A DNA stretch of 64,000 nucleotides from an uncultured Acidobacteriota bacterium (GTDB lineage Bacteria > Acidobacteriota > Vicinamibacteria > Vicinamibacterales > CAVVIG01): the NCBI GenBank assembly GCA_963792785.1, contig CAWBXO010000004.1, positions 1,282,278 through 1,346,277 on the forward strand, given 5' to 3'. The notes below the pieces were generated by a model. The model was not told the DNA's origin, did not search any database, and was given only the letters and a program-made list of their open reading frames with translations. Shown piece by piece: positions 27,167 through 37,544 of the stretch (the stretch's first letter is position 1; each line of letters opens with the position of its first letter). Made by a program: the position numbers and the translations under genes.

Positions 27167-29341
27167 ATGGGTTCGGCAGTGCTCGGTGACGCGATCAGCG
27201 CGATTCGCGCCTGGTCGATGAATGAAGCAAAAGGGTCCGGGGGTCTCGGCGCCGACGATGCGTTCGGCAGCCTGGTGTTCAACGAGTCGCTGCAACAGGC
27301 GCGGCTGCCAAAGCCGGTGTTCGAGGCGCTGCGGCGCACGATCGCGCACGGCGAAGCGCTGGATCTCTCGGTCGCCGACGCCGTCGCGACGGCGATGAAG
27401 GACTGGGCGGTCGAGCACGGCGCGACCCACTACACGCACTGGTTCCAGCCGCTCACCGGCATCACGGCCGAGAAGCACGATTCGTTTCTCAATCCGACGG
27501 CGGACGGCAAGGCGGTCGCGGAGTTCTCGGGCAAGGAACTGATCCAGGGTGAGCCGGACGCGTCGAGCTTCCCGTCGGGCGGCCTGCGCTCCACCTTCGA
27601 GGCGCGCGGCTACACGGCGTGGGATCCGACGAGCCCGCCGTGGCTGCTCAAGAGCGGCGGCGCGGTGACGCTGGTCATCCCGACGGCGTTCGTCAGCTGG
27701 ACGGGCGATGCGCTCGACAAGAAGACGCCGCTCCTGCGCTCGATGGAGGCGCTCTCGAAGCAGGCCGTGCGCGTGCTGAAGCTGTTCGGCTCGAAGGCGA
27801 CCCGCGTCGTCACCACGTGCGGGCCCGAGCAGGAATACTTCCTCATCGACCGCTACTTCTACCTGTCGCGTCCCGACCTGATCAACGCGGGCCGGACGCT
27901 CTTCGGGGCGAAGCCGCCCAAGGGCCAGGAGCTCGAGGATCAGTACTTCGGCGCGATTCCCGAACGCGTCATGGCGTGCATGTCGGAGGTCGAGAGCGAG
28001 CTGTACAAGGTCGGCGTGCCGGTGAAGACGCGCCACAACGAGGTGGCGCCGAGCCAGTACGAGATCGCGCCGGTGTTCGAGAACGCGAACGTCGCGACCG
28101 ATCACCAGATGATGGTGATGGAGACGCTGCGCCGCATGGCGCCGAAGTTCGGGCTCTCGTGCCTGCTGCACGAGAAGCCGTTCGCCGGCGTGAACGGATC
28201 GGGCAAGCACCTCAACTGGTCGATGAGCGACAGCGACGGCCACAACCTGCTCAGCCCCGGCCGCAACACGCACGACAACGCGCAGTTCCTCGTCTTCTGC
28301 GCGGCCGTCATCCGCGCCGTGAACAAGTGGCAGGGCCTGCTGCGCGCGTCCATTGCCAGCGCCGGGAACGACCATCGACTGGGGGCGAACGAGGCGCCGC
28401 CGGCGATCATCTCGATCTTCCTCGGCGACATGCTCACGGACATCTTCGAGCAGATCGAGAAGGGCGGCGCGAAGAGCACGAAGTCCGGCGGCGAGCTCGA
28501 CACCGGCGTCATGGTGCTGCCGAAGCTGCCGCGCGACGCGGGCGACCGCAACCGCACGAGCCCGTTCGCGTTCACCGGCAACAAATTCGAGTTCCGTGCC
28601 GTGTCGTCGAACCAGAGCATCGCGTACCCCAATATCGCGCTGAACGTCGCGGTGACCGAGTCGCTCGACTACATGGCCACCGAGCTCGAGAAGCTCGTCA
28701 AGGGCGGCAAGTCGATCGAGAAGGCGGCGGCCGAACTCCTGCCGAAGGTGATCAAGGAGAACAAGCGGATCATCTTCAACGGCAACAACTACTCGAAGGA
28801 GTGGGAGAAGGAGGCGGCCAAGCGCGGCCTGTTCAATCTGAAGAACACGGTGGACGCACTGCCGCAGCTCATCACGAAGGACGTCATCGCGACGTTCGAG
28901 AAGTACAAGGTGCTCAATGCGCGCGAGCTGCACTCCCGCTACGAGATCATGCTCGAGACGTACAACAAGGTCGTCAACGTCGAGGCGCAGCTGATGGTGC
29001 TGATGGCCAACCGCTACATCCTGCCGGCGGCCATCAAATACCAGATGCAGGTGGCGCAGAGCGTCGCGGCCGTGAAGCAGGCGGGCGGCACGGCGGGCGA
29101 GTCGAAGAAGGTCCTCGCCGGCGTGATCAAGCTGGTCGACACGTTCAAGAAGGGCACCGACAAGCTGGCCAAGGCGCTCGAGCACGACGCGCCCTCGGCC
29201 GAGAAGCACGCGAAGTACTTCCGCGACATCGTCATCCCGGCGATGACCGCGCTGCGCGAGACCGGCGACGAGCTCGAGGTCGTCATGCCGCACGGCCTGT
29301 GGCCGCTGGCGACCTATCGGGAGATGTTGTTCATCAAGTGA
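27167..29341 (+). CDS. glnN: type III glutamine synthetase
   Basis: 724 aa with [50 protein letters not shown] and [16 protein letters not shown]. Confidence 0.92.
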   Translation: MGSAVLGDAISAIRAWSMNEAKGSGGLGADDAFGSLVFNESLQQARLPKPVFEALRRTIAHGEALDLSVADAVATAMKDWAVEHGATHYTHWFQPLTGITAEKHDSFLNPTADGKAVAEFSGKELIQGEPDASSFPSGGLRSTFEARGYTAWDPTSPPWLLKSGGAVTLVIPTAFVSWTGDALDKKTPLLRSMEALSKQAVRVLKLFGSKATRVVTTCGPEQEYFLIDRYFYLSRPDLINAGRTLFGAKPPKGQELEDQYFGAIPERVMACMSEVESELYKVGVPVKTRHNEVAPSQYEIAPVFENANVATDHQMMVMETLRRMAPKFGLSCLLHEKPFAGVNGSGKHLNWSMSDSDGHNLLSPGRNTHDNAQFLVFCAAVIRAVNKWQGLLRASIASAGNDHRLGANEAPPAIISIFLGDMLTDIFEQIEKGGAKSTKSGGELDTGVMVLPKLPRDAGDRNRTSPFAFTGNKFEFRAVSSNQSIAYPNIALNVAVTESLDYMATELEKLVKGGKSIEKAAAELLPKVIKENKRIIFNGNNYSKEWEKEAAKRGLFNLKNTVDALPQLITKDVIATFEKYKVLNARELHSRYEIMLETYNKVVNVEAQLMVLMANRYILPAAIKYQMQVAQSVAAVKQAGGTAGESKKVLAGVIKLVDTFKKGTDKLAKALEHDAPSAEKHAKYFRDIVIPAMTALRETGDELEVVMPHGLWPLATYREMLFIK

Positions 29342-29345
29342 CGTG

Positions 29346-29450
29346 TAGCCGTTAGTTGTTAGCTGTTAGCCGTTAGCTGTTAGCCGTTAGCCGTTAGCTG
29401 TTAGCCGTTAGCTGTTCGCCCTAATGGCTAATGGCTAACGGCTACTGGCT
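29346..29450. repeat. about 105-bp hairpin element made of CYGTTAG heptamers (about 10 units) followed by about 4 inverted CTAAYGG units
   Basis: tagccgttag ttgttag ctgttag ccgttag ... then ctaatgg ctaatgg ctaacgg ctactgg. It starts 5 nt after the glnN stop. Confidence 0.85.
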
Positions 29451-29465
29451 TTATACTGTTCCCCG

Positions 29466-31880
29466 TTGGCCAAGCGTCGATCCAAAGCGCAATCCCTGTT
29501 CGACAACCTGGACGCCGGCGGCAGCGGCGGTGCGGCCGGCGGCCCGCCGTCGTGGCCCGCGCCGATCGAGGCGGTCGCGCTGCACGAGGCCGCGCAGTCC
29601 CGCTACCTCAACTACGCGCTGTCGGTCATCACCGCCCGCGCGCTGCCCGACGTCCGCGACGGCCTGAAGCCCGTCCAGCGCCGCATCCTGTACACGATGT
29701 GGCAGCAGAACCTGACCGCCGACGTCAAGCACCGGAAGTGCGCGAAAGTCGTCGGCGACGTGATGGGCAGCTTCCACCCGCACGGCGACGCCGCGCTCTA
29801 CGAGACGCTCGTGCGCATGGCGCAGCCCTTCTCGCTGCGCTATCCCCTGGTCGACGGCTCCGGCAACTTCGGATCGCTCGACGGCGACAGCGCCGCGGCC
29901 ATGCGCTACACCGAGTGCCGGCTGGCGAGAATCAGCGACGAGCTGCTCACCGAGATCGAGCAGTCGACGGTGCCGTTCCGGCCCAACTACGACGGCACGA
30001 AGACCGAGCCCGTCGTGCTGCCGGCGCGGATCCCCAACCTGCTGGTCAACGGCGCCACCGGCATTGCCGTCGGCATGGCGACCAACGTGCCGCCGCACAA
30101 CCTGGCCGAGGTCTGCACGGCGCTCATCAAGCTCCTCGACAACGAGGACATGGGCAATACCGCGCTGTGCCGCGTGATCAAGGGTCCCGACTTCCCCACC
30201 GGCGGACAGATCCTGAACTCGCCCGAGGAGCTGCGCGAGATCTACCGGACGGGATCCGGATCGATCCGGCTGCGCGGCACGTGGGACATCGGGCCGGACA
30301 CGCGCTCGACCAAGACGATCTTCATCGACAGCATTCCGTACACGGTGAACAAGTCGACGCTCGTCGAGCGGATCGCCGAGGTGGTGCTGAGCCGCAAGCT
30401 GCCGCAGCTCCTCGACGTGAAGGATCTCTCGACCGAGGACGTCCGCATCGCGCTCGAGCTGAAGAAGGACGCCGACGAGAAGATGATCATGGCGTATCTC
30501 TTCAAGCACACGCCGCTGCAGATCAACGTGGTGGTGAACCTCACCTGCCTGATTCCGACCGAGCAGGCGGAAGTGGGACGGCCCGAGCGCCTGGATCTCA
30601 AGTCGATCCTGTGGCACTTCCTGCACTTCCGCCTCGACGTGGTCACGCGCCGGCTCGAGCACGAGCTCGCCACGCTCAAGAAGCGCATCCACATCCTCGA
30701 GGGCCTCGCCACGGTCTTCGACGCGCTCGACGAGATCATCAAGATCATCCGCAAGTCGGACGGCAAGGCCGACGCCGCGGAGAAGATCATGAAGCGGTTC
30801 GAGCTCGACGCCGACCAGACCGACGCGATCCTCGAGCTGAAGATCTACCGCCTCGCCCGCCTCGAGATCCTCGTGATCCGCGAGGAGCTCGACGAGAAGA
30901 AGAAGCGCGCGCGGCAGATCGGCGCGCTGCTCAAGGACGAGGACAGCCGCTGGTCGCTCGTGCGCGGCGAGCTCGACGAGATCCTGAAGACCTACGCCGA
31001 TCCGAAGGCCGACAAGCGGCGCACCCGCATCGCGAGCGACAGCGACGAGCCCGAGTACTCGGCCGACGACTTCATCGTCGAGGAAGACAACGTCGTGATC
31101 GTGTCGCGCGACGGCTGGGTGAAGCGGCAGAAGGACGTCAAGGACCTCTCCACGCAGCGGCTGCGCGAAGGCGACGCCGTGCTGGCGGCGTTCGGCGGGA
31201 GCACGCGCGCCACGTGCGTGTTCTTCTCGAGCGCCGGCGTGGCCTACACGTGCCGGTTCATCGACGTGCCCGCCTCGACCGGCTACGGCGAGCCCATCCA
31301 GAAGCAGTTCAAGCTCAAGGACGGGGAGCGGATCGTCGCGGCAATGAGTCTCGACCCGCGCGTGGCCGGCGCGATCGTGCCGAAGAAAGCCGGCGACCCG
31401 GCCAAGGTTCACGCCGTGGCCGTGTCGAGCGACGGCTACGCGCTGCGGTTCGGTTTGGACGGCCTCGTCGAGCCGAGCACGCGCGCCGGGCGGCGGTACG
31501 CGCGGCCGTCCAAGGACGCGGAGATGCTCGGCGTCGCGCGATACACGGGCGACGAGGTCCTGATCGCCGCCACCGCCGAGGCCCGCGGGATCCTCGCGAA
31601 GGCGGAGGAAGCGAACTTCCTCTCGGGGCCCGGCAAGGGCGTACTGCTGATCAAACTGGGCAAGGACGATCGCGTGCTCGGCTTCATCGCCTCGACGGGC
31701 GACCGCGACCTGCTGACCGTCGAGACGAGCCGCGGCGCCGAGCAGACGATCAGCACGGCGAAGTACGAGGTGACGGGCCGCGGCGGGAAGGGGCGCGAGC
31801 TGCTCCAGCGCGGCCAGTTCGTGAAGATCCTCTGGCCGACGCCGGACGTCCCCGCCCCGCTCGGCCCGGACTCGAAGTAG
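29466..31880 (+). CDS. parC: type IIA topoisomerase subunit A, ParC-like (topoisomerase IV)
   Basis: 804 aa from TTG with [19 protein letters not shown] (Q rather than the gyrase H), HPHGD and active-site AAMRYTE. C-terminal beta-pinwheel repeats. Confidence 0.8.
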   Translation: MAKRRSKAQSLFDNLDAGGSGGAAGGPPSWPAPIEAVALHEAAQSRYLNYALSVITARALPDVRDGLKPVQRRILYTMWQQNLTADVKHRKCAKVVGDVMGSFHPHGDAALYETLVRMAQPFSLRYPLVDGSGNFGSLDGDSAAAMRYTECRLARISDELLTEIEQSTVPFRPNYDGTKTEPVVLPARIPNLLVNGATGIAVGMATNVPPHNLAEVCTALIKLLDNEDMGNTALCRVIKGPDFPTGGQILNSPEELREIYRTGSGSIRLRGTWDIGPDTRSTKTIFIDSIPYTVNKSTLVERIAEVVLSRKLPQLLDVKDLSTEDVRIALELKKDADEKMIMAYLFKHTPLQINVVVNLTCLIPTEQAEVGRPERLDLKSILWHFLHFRLDVVTRRLEHELATLKKRIHILEGLATVFDALDEIIKIIRKSDGKADAAEKIMKRFELDADQTDAILELKIYRLARLEILVIREELDEKKKRARQIGALLKDEDSRWSLVRGELDEILKTYADPKADKRRTRIASDSDEPEYSADDFIVEEDNVVIVSRDGWVKRQKDVKDLSTQRLREGDAVLAAFGGSTRATCVFFSSAGVAYTCRFIDVPASTGYGEPIQKQFKLKDGERIVAAMSLDPRVAGAIVPKKAGDPAKVHAVAVSSDGYALRFGLDGLVEPSTRAGRRYARPSKDAEMLGVARYTGDEVLIAATAEARGILAKAEEANFLSGPGKGVLLIKLGKDDRVLGFIASTGDRDLLTVETSRGAEQTISTAKYEVTGRGGKGRELLQRGQFVKILWPTPDVPAPLGPDSK

Positions 31881-31885
31881 ATCTC

Positions 31886-32115
31886 AACCACAGAGGACAC
31901 AGAGGCACAGAGGGATCACGCGGTGCACGCTTGACGTGCGCTCGGCGCGGGGCGGCCTGCGCAGCAGGCCGTGGCAGGAGCGAGGGAGACGCGGAGACAT
32001 GCCGCTCTGGATCGTCCGGCGGCATGTCTCCGCGTCTCCCTCGCTCCTGCCGCCCGCCTTCGGCGGCCCCGCGTCGAGCGTTCGGTGCCCTCCGTGCCTC
32101 CGTGTCTCCGTGGTT
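31886..32115. repeat. 230-bp nested palindromic element with CACAGAGG-repeat termini (family member 2)
   Basis: Termini AACCACAGAGGACACAGAGGCACAGAGGG and CCCTCCGTGCCTCCGTGTCTCCGTGGTT. Perfect 32-bp stem at 31973-32004/32020-32051. Flanking hairpins are the same as in member 1. Confidence 0.9.
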
Positions 32116-32153
32116 CAATCCGCTAGTACAATGACAGCGAAAGGAATGCCCAT

Positions 32154-33593
32154 TTGGCTCAAGATCGCCTGAACATTGCAGTTTTCATCGATTTCGACAA
32201 CATCGAGATCGGCGTCCGCACCACCCTCCACGAACATTTCGACGCCGGCACGGTCCTCGAGGCCATCAAGGAGCGGGGCGAGGTCGTCACCAAGATCGCC
32301 TACGCCGACTGGACCCGGGCCGGCGAGTACAGCCGCTCCCTGACCCAGCACGCCATCCGCCTGGTGCAGCGCAACCTCACGCCCGGCGGCGACAAGAACG
32401 GCGCCGACATCAACCTCGCCCTCGACGCGCTCGAGATGGCGTTCACGCACCCGCACATCAACGCCTACGTGATCGTGGGCGGCGACAGCGACTTCCTGTC
32501 GCTGGTGGAAAAGCTCAAGCAGTACGACAAGAAAGTGTTCGTCGTCGGCGGCCGGCAGTTCACGAGCGTGATCCTGCAGCGCAACTGCTACGAGTTCATC
32601 GCCTACGAGAACCTCTCGCGGCCGCGCCGCTCGCAGGGCGGCGTGAAGGACCCGCGCCCCGCGCCCGCCGCCGCGTCCGCGTCGATCGGGCAGGTCGTGC
32701 CGCTCGTCCGCCGCGCGCTCAAGATTCTCGCCGACCGCGAGGTCACGCCGCAGACGGGCCTGCTCAAGAGCACGCTCCTGCAGCTCGACTCGACGTTCTC
32801 CGAGCGCAGCTACGGCGCGAGCTCGTTCCTCGACTTCGCGGAGAAGCTCGCGAAGACGGGCGTCGTGAACCTGAAGCACAGCGGCCGCAGCGTCACCGTC
32901 GAGCTGAACGAGGGCGTCGAGTTCGCCGAGGCGCCGGCGGACGCGCCGGCCGAGGCGGACGCCGCCACGCCGGCTGCCGCGCCGGTTGCGCCGGACCCGC
33001 AGGGCCGGCCGCCGGTCGAGGCCACCGAGTCGCAGGCCGACGGCGTGCGTCTGGTCGCCGAGATCCTCGGCGCCGCCGCGAACGCGCGATGGCCGATGTA
33101 CGTGCGCAACCTGAAGCAGATCCTGCGGCAGGCCGATCGCGGGTTCGACGAGCGCCGCTTCGGCTTCGGCGGGCTGATGGATCTCGTCCGCGCGTGCCAG
33201 CGCGACAACCTGCTGCGCGTCGAGCGCGACCGCCGCGGCGGCATGCGCGTCTTCCCCGGCGCCGCGCTGCAGCGCCAGGCGCCCGCACCCGCCCTTCCGC
33301 AGCCGGACGTCGAAGCCGAGGAAGCCGGGCTCCCGGACATGCCGTTGATGACAGCCGAGAGCGAGGCCGGCTTCGAGACGGACGCCGACAGCGACGGAGA
33401 CGAGGCGCCGCAGCCGGATCTCGTCGACACCACCGCCGAGCTCCTCGGCCGGGCGAAGGCCCGCCCGCGCCGCGCGAAGGCCGCACCCGCGGCCGGCGCG
33501 CGCAAGACGACGACCCGCACGCGCAAGCCCGCCACGCGCCGCGCCGCGAAGGGCAAGAAAGCGCAGGCGGATGATGGGGACGGAAACCGCTAG
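32154..33593 (+). CDS. NYN (LabA-like PIN) domain protein with two OST-HTH/LOTUS-like domains and a basic tail
   Basis: IAVFIDFDN ... GKNGADINLALD ... VIVGGDSDFLSLVEKLKQYDKKVFVVG. Two repeats of about 70 aa end in FGF/YGA..L.DF. C-terminal Lys/Arg-rich tail. Confidence 0.75.
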   Translation: MAQDRLNIAVFIDFDNIEIGVRTTLHEHFDAGTVLEAIKERGEVVTKIAYADWTRAGEYSRSLTQHAIRLVQRNLTPGGDKNGADINLALDALEMAFTHPHINAYVIVGGDSDFLSLVEKLKQYDKKVFVVGGRQFTSVILQRNCYEFIAYENLSRPRRSQGGVKDPRPAPAAASASIGQVVPLVRRALKILADREVTPQTGLLKSTLLQLDSTFSERSYGASSFLDFAEKLAKTGVVNLKHSGRSVTVELNEGVEFAEAPADAPAEADAATPAAAPVAPDPQGRPPVEATESQADGVRLVAEILGAAANARWPMYVRNLKQILRQADRGFDERRFGFGGLMDLVRACQRDNLLRVERDRRGGMRVFPGAALQRQAPAPALPQPDVEAEEAGLPDMPLMTAESEAGFETDADSDGDEAPQPDLVDTTAELLGRAKARPRRAKAAPAAGARKTTTRTRKPATRRAAKGKKAQADDGDGNR

Positions 33594-33605
33594 GCGGCCG
33601 GTTCG

Positions 33606-36327
33606 CTAATTCAGGAACGCCAGCCACTGGCGCACGAGCTCGACCTGGACGCCGCCGGCCTGTTCATAGGCGGCGGCGTACTTCTTCGCGAGCGCCGCGT
33701 CCTCCGCGGGTGAGTGCGCCGACGCGCCGGCGAGCTTCAGGTTGTAGATCCACTCCACCGCCCGCTCCAGCGCCTCCACATCGTCGGGCCGCGCGTCGAG
33801 GTAGCGCTCCATCGTGCGCACGGCCTCGCGGCCCTGGCCGAATGTCGCGTACAGCATCGCCAGCGGACGCGTGAGGCGCGGGTCGGAGGGCCACTTGGCA
33901 ATGCCCTCGTCGAGGATGGACCGCGCGGCGTTCATGTCGCGGTCCCGCAGCAGCGCCTCCGCCAGCCACTGGTAAATCTCGGGGATGTCGCCGCCGTCGA
34001 TGAGCGCGGTCTGCCAGGCGCCGCTGGCCTCCTGGTCGTGGCCCGATGCGGCATAGGTGGCCGCGAGGTAGACCAGCGCGGGCAGGCTGTCCACCTCGGG
34101 ACGGATCGCGTCCTTGAAGCGCTCCTCCGCTTTCGGATAGTCGCCGGCCGCGAGCGCCTTCACGCCGGCGTCGAACGCCGGCCGCACGCTGGCGTCGACG
34201 CGCGCCTCGAAGCGAGCGAGCGCGGGCGCCGCCAGGGCCTCGCCCTTCTCGAACGGCGACGTGAAGTCGCTCTGCTCGACGGGGAGGAACAGGTCCGCCT
34301 CGCCGGCCGCGGCCGGGCGCCGGGATCCGGCGGCCGACGTCAGCAGCACGTCGGGCGGCGCGATGTCGAACGCCCGCGCGAGCCGCGACACCTCCTCGCC
34401 GTTCTCCGTCACGATCGCGCGCAGGTAGTACGAACCGGGCGGCAGCTGGCGGATCGCCATGACGTGCGAGAACATCGTGCGCGTCGGCCCCGCCGGCGCG
34501 CCCGGCACGTCTTCGCCCATGATCGCGGGGCCGTCCTCGGACGCGGCGATCTCGTACCGCACCGCGAGCGACGAGGAGGTGCGGCCGTACGCCTCGAGGT
34601 AGCCCTGCACGACGCCGAAGTTCGCGGCGGGCGTGACCATGGGCTGGAGGCGCTCGGTCAGATCCGTGGGACCGCCGACCATGAGATCGCTCAGGTCCGC
34701 CTGGCCGCCGGCGACGAGTCCGGCGTGGAACGCGTGCTCGACGCTGCCCACGCGGTCCCCTTCCGCGACCGCGAGCTTCAGCGTGTAGTCCCCGGGCGGC
34801 AGGCTCGCGCCGGCCGTGTAGAGGAGCGGCGACGGCACGCCGTTCATCACGGGACCCACGCGCGCCGAGGCGCCCAGGCTCGTGACATCGCGGCCGTTCT
34901 CGTCGGCAATCACGTAGGCGACCGCGATCTGGCGGTTCGCCGTGTACTGCTGGCCGACGTCCGCGTGGATCAGCAGCTGCACCTTCGTCGGATCCTGGTC
35001 GCGGAGCGAGAACGTGACCACGCGCAGCGGGAGCGCCGACGAGAGCAGCGGCGCCGTGATGGCCGCCATCACTTCCTGGCTCATCGACCGCGGCTGGTCC
35101 GGCTCGGCCGCCGTCCCGTCGAGGAGCGATCGGCGCGCGCGCACCGTCGCGCCGGCGCGCGACACGCGCACGCGGATCGGATGGGGCTTCCCGTCGCGAT
35201 CGCTCGGCGCCGACTCGACGCCGAGCAGGTAGTAGCCGGAAATCTCCGAGCCGATCTTGTCGAAGAGCTGCTGGCCGGTTCCCGTCACGTTGAACACCGC
35301 GCCGCGGCTCGCGGCCGCGAGCGCCATCACGCCGGTCGTCCGCCGCTGGCGGTCCTCGCCGCGGGCCGTGTCCCCGCTCGGCATGTTGACGTCGAAGTAG
35401 GAGTTGTCGAGCTTCAGCACGTAGATGCTGGTCCGCGACGCCGACGCCAGGCGCCGAGCTCGGTGACGGGCGACTCGTGCGGTCCTGCATGACGAAGCCC
35501 TCCGTCATGATCACCATCGTCTTCGGACGCGTCGATGGTGGCCAGGCCCTTCAGCAGCTCCCGCAGGCCGCGGATCGTCTGGGTGCCCTACGTTCCCGAG
35601 CCGTCCGCGCGATGTCGCGCGCGTCGTCGCGGACGGACGAGGGGCAGATCGTTGGCCGACGGGCGCCGCCGCGCCGCCGCCGCCTCCAGCGCCGCACTCG
35701 CGCTCGGTCGACGCTCTGCAGCACCTGCTCGTCGCCGCGCTCGATGGCGAGCGCCTCGGCGAGCGACATGTGCGTCGCCGTGATGCTGCCGGCGGTCGCC
35801 GCCTCCATCTGGCCGTGCATCGTCGCAATCGCGGCCTTCAGATCGCTCGCGGTCCGGCCAGGAACGCCGTCGAGCGCCCGCCCGTGCCGAAGCCGACCAC
35901 GGCGACGCGATCGGCGGGCTGGAGCGTGTCGAGGAACTCGCCCGCGGCCTTCAGCAGTCATCTGCCCGCCGCCGAACCGGATGTTCGGCTGATCGACGAC
36001 GAGCACGATCAGGCGTCCGGCGGTGCCGCCTTCGTTCGAGCTGTAGCCCTCGGGCAGCGGCGGCGGCGGCGCGGCGTTCGCGTCAGGCAGCATCGACACC
36101 CAGTCGGCCGACACGACGCGGCGAGGCCGGCCGTCGACGTCGACCGTGAACTCGCCGGCGCCGAGATCGGTGATCGGGCGGCTCGCGCCGTCGACGACGG
36201 TCGCGTCGATCGACGTGACCTCGACAGCCGAGCGGAAGACGGGCGGCTGCGTGGGCGCCTGCGCCGCCGGGCGCGCGACGAGGGCGGCGAGCGCCGCGAC
36301 GAGCAGGCCGGCGCGGCGGCGGGTCAC
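33606..36327 (-). pseudogene. VWA-related (acidobacterial type) plus C-terminal TPR protein, disrupted by about seven frameshifts between about 35452 and 35958
   Basis: The N-terminus from GTG 36327 (PVFRSAVEVTSIDATVVD...LVVDQPNIRFGGG) and the 604-aa C-terminal ORF (TSIYVLKLDNSYFDV...TPR) are intact. The middle can only be read by hopping frames: LLKAAGEFLDTLQPADRVAVVGFGTGG / ALDG..LKAAIATMHGQ..QSVDR / ICPSSVRDDARDIARTARE / GTQTIRGLRELLKGLATIDAS / KTMVIMTEGFVMQD / ESPVTELGA. Confidence 0.7.
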
Positions 36328-37541
36328 CGGCCCGGCCTCACCGGCTCGGCGCGGTAGCCCTGACGCGCGCGGACGTTGTGGTAGCCGTCGACGTCGACGT
36401 GGATCTCGCGCCAGGTGTCGTCGCGCTTCGCGTTGGTCGGCGGGTAGCCGAGCAGGTACTGGTTCGAGAGCTCCTCGATCAAGTCGGCGAACCAATCGTT
36501 GAGCTCGTCGATGTTGTCGGTGAACAGGGCGCGGCCGCCGGTCGGGTTCGCCAGGCGCGTCATCACGCTCTTCAGCCGCTCGAGCTCCACGCCGCGGCCC
36601 TGGCCGATGATGTACAGCGTCACGTCGCTCGCCTGCAGGCGCCGCTCGACGTCCTCGATCGTCGCGTGGCTCCCCTGATCCTCGCCGTCCGTGAAGACGA
36701 CGAGCGCCCGGCGGCCCGTCTCGCGCCCGAGCATGTCGAGCGACTGGAGGATCACGTCGTAGAACGCCGTCGCGCCCCACGGCGCGAGCCGGTCCACGGC
36801 GCGCACGCGGTCCTCCGGCTCGGTGGCGCGGCGCGTGATGGTGAAGATCCGGTCGTTGAAGCCGAGCAGCGTCACCTGCGCCTGCGACGGCACGGCGAGG
36901 AGGAAGTCGCGCACGGCGCTGCGCAGCTTGCTCATCGCGTTCGTCATGCTGCCGCTGATGTCCACGGCCGCGATGAGCTCGAGCGGCACGTCCTCGGACG
37001 AGAAGTACGTGATCGCCTGCGGCACGCCGTCCTCCTTCACGTGGAAGGCGGACCGCGGGATGTCGCGGACGAATTTGCCGTTCTCGGTGACGGTCACGGT
37101 GACCTGCACGACGTTGGCCTCGGCCGTATCGGCGTAGCCGAGCGCCTTGGTGCGCACGGTCTCGACGAGCCGGTCGCCCTCGGTCAGGTTCGCCACGGCG
37201 CGCACCTGGTGCTCGTGAATCGTCGGGCCGGCTTCCCAGCGGCACTCGTACGGCGCGGCGGCGATGGCGCAGACCTGCCGGCCGTCCACATAGAACGTGA
37301 CGTTCGCGATGCGATCGGTCGGGCCGGCCTCGGCGCGCAGCAGCAGCAGGCCGCTGACGTAGGCGTCGGCGTCAGGCGAGACGATGCGAAGGGTCGGCGC
37401 CTCGACGGCGCTCGGGGCGGCCGTCCGCGCCGGCTCCTGCGCGAGCAGCGCGCCTGCCCCGAGCACGGTCGAGGGGGCCGCGCACACCAGCGCGAGCAGC
37501 GGCACGGCGATGACGAGCGCCCCGGGTCGCAAGCGTGTCAT
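36324..37541 (-). CDS. VWA domain-containing protein (acidobacterial VWFA-related type)
   Basis: 405 aa with signal peptide, Ig-like N-domain (VTFYVDGRQVC...YECRW), MIDAS AVDISGSM, WGATAFYDV, FTDGEDQGS and C-terminal WREIHVDVDGYHNVRARQGY. Confidence 0.85.
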   Translation of the reverse strand: MTRLRPGALVIAVPLLALVCAAPSTVLGAGALLAQEPARTAAPSAVEAPTLRIVSPDADAYVSGLLLLRAEAGPTDRIANVTFYVDGRQVCAIAAAPYECRWEAGPTIHEHQVRAVANLTEGDRLVETVRTKALGYADTAEANVVQVTVTVTENGKFVRDIPRSAFHVKEDGVPQAITYFSSEDVPLELIAAVDISGSMTNAMSKLRSAVRDFLLAVPSQAQVTLLGFNDRIFTITRRATEPEDRVRAVDRLAPWGATAFYDVILQSLDMLGRETGRRALVVFTDGEDQGSHATIEDVERRLQASDVTLYIIGQGRGVELERLKSVMTRLANPTGGRALFTDNIDELNDWFADLIEELSNQYLLGYPPTNAKRDDTWREIHVDVDGYHNVRARQGYRAEPVRPGR

Positions 37542-37544
37542 GAA

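Noticed and set aside
27113-29293. 726-aa minus-strand ORF
   Set aside because: It is antisense to type III glutamine synthetase, which carries unmistakable GS motifs. It is a shadow ORF.
29346-29450. Tandem repeats as a possible CRISPR array (also at 2632-2680 and 46036-46202)
   Set aside because: The units are 7-8 nt and directly abutting, with no spacers. There are no cas genes in the window, and the arrays have inverted partners that form hairpins.
29451-31412. 653-aa minus-strand ORF and the overlapping 860-aa plus-strand frame 29552..32134
   Set aside because: The frame starting at 29466 carries the ParC motifs ([19 protein letters not shown]). The other two frames are Arg/Gly/His-rich shadows.
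29466-31880. Calling the A/B topoisomerase pair DNA gyrase (gyrA/gyrB)
   Set aside because: The A subunit has KPVQRR rather than the gyrase-typical KPVHRR, and the subunit lengths (804 and 636 aa) fit ParC and ParE. An RGGKG motif near the C-terminus ([10 protein letters not shown]) is not in the position of the GyrA box. The assignment is still motif-based only.
31886-32115. Using arm mismatches to infer which strand is the functional RNA
   Set aside because: In this copy, the T-to-C differences would be G-U pairs only in a minus-strand transcript. In the 15161 copy, the C-to-T differences would be G-U pairs only in a plus-strand transcript. The signals conflict.
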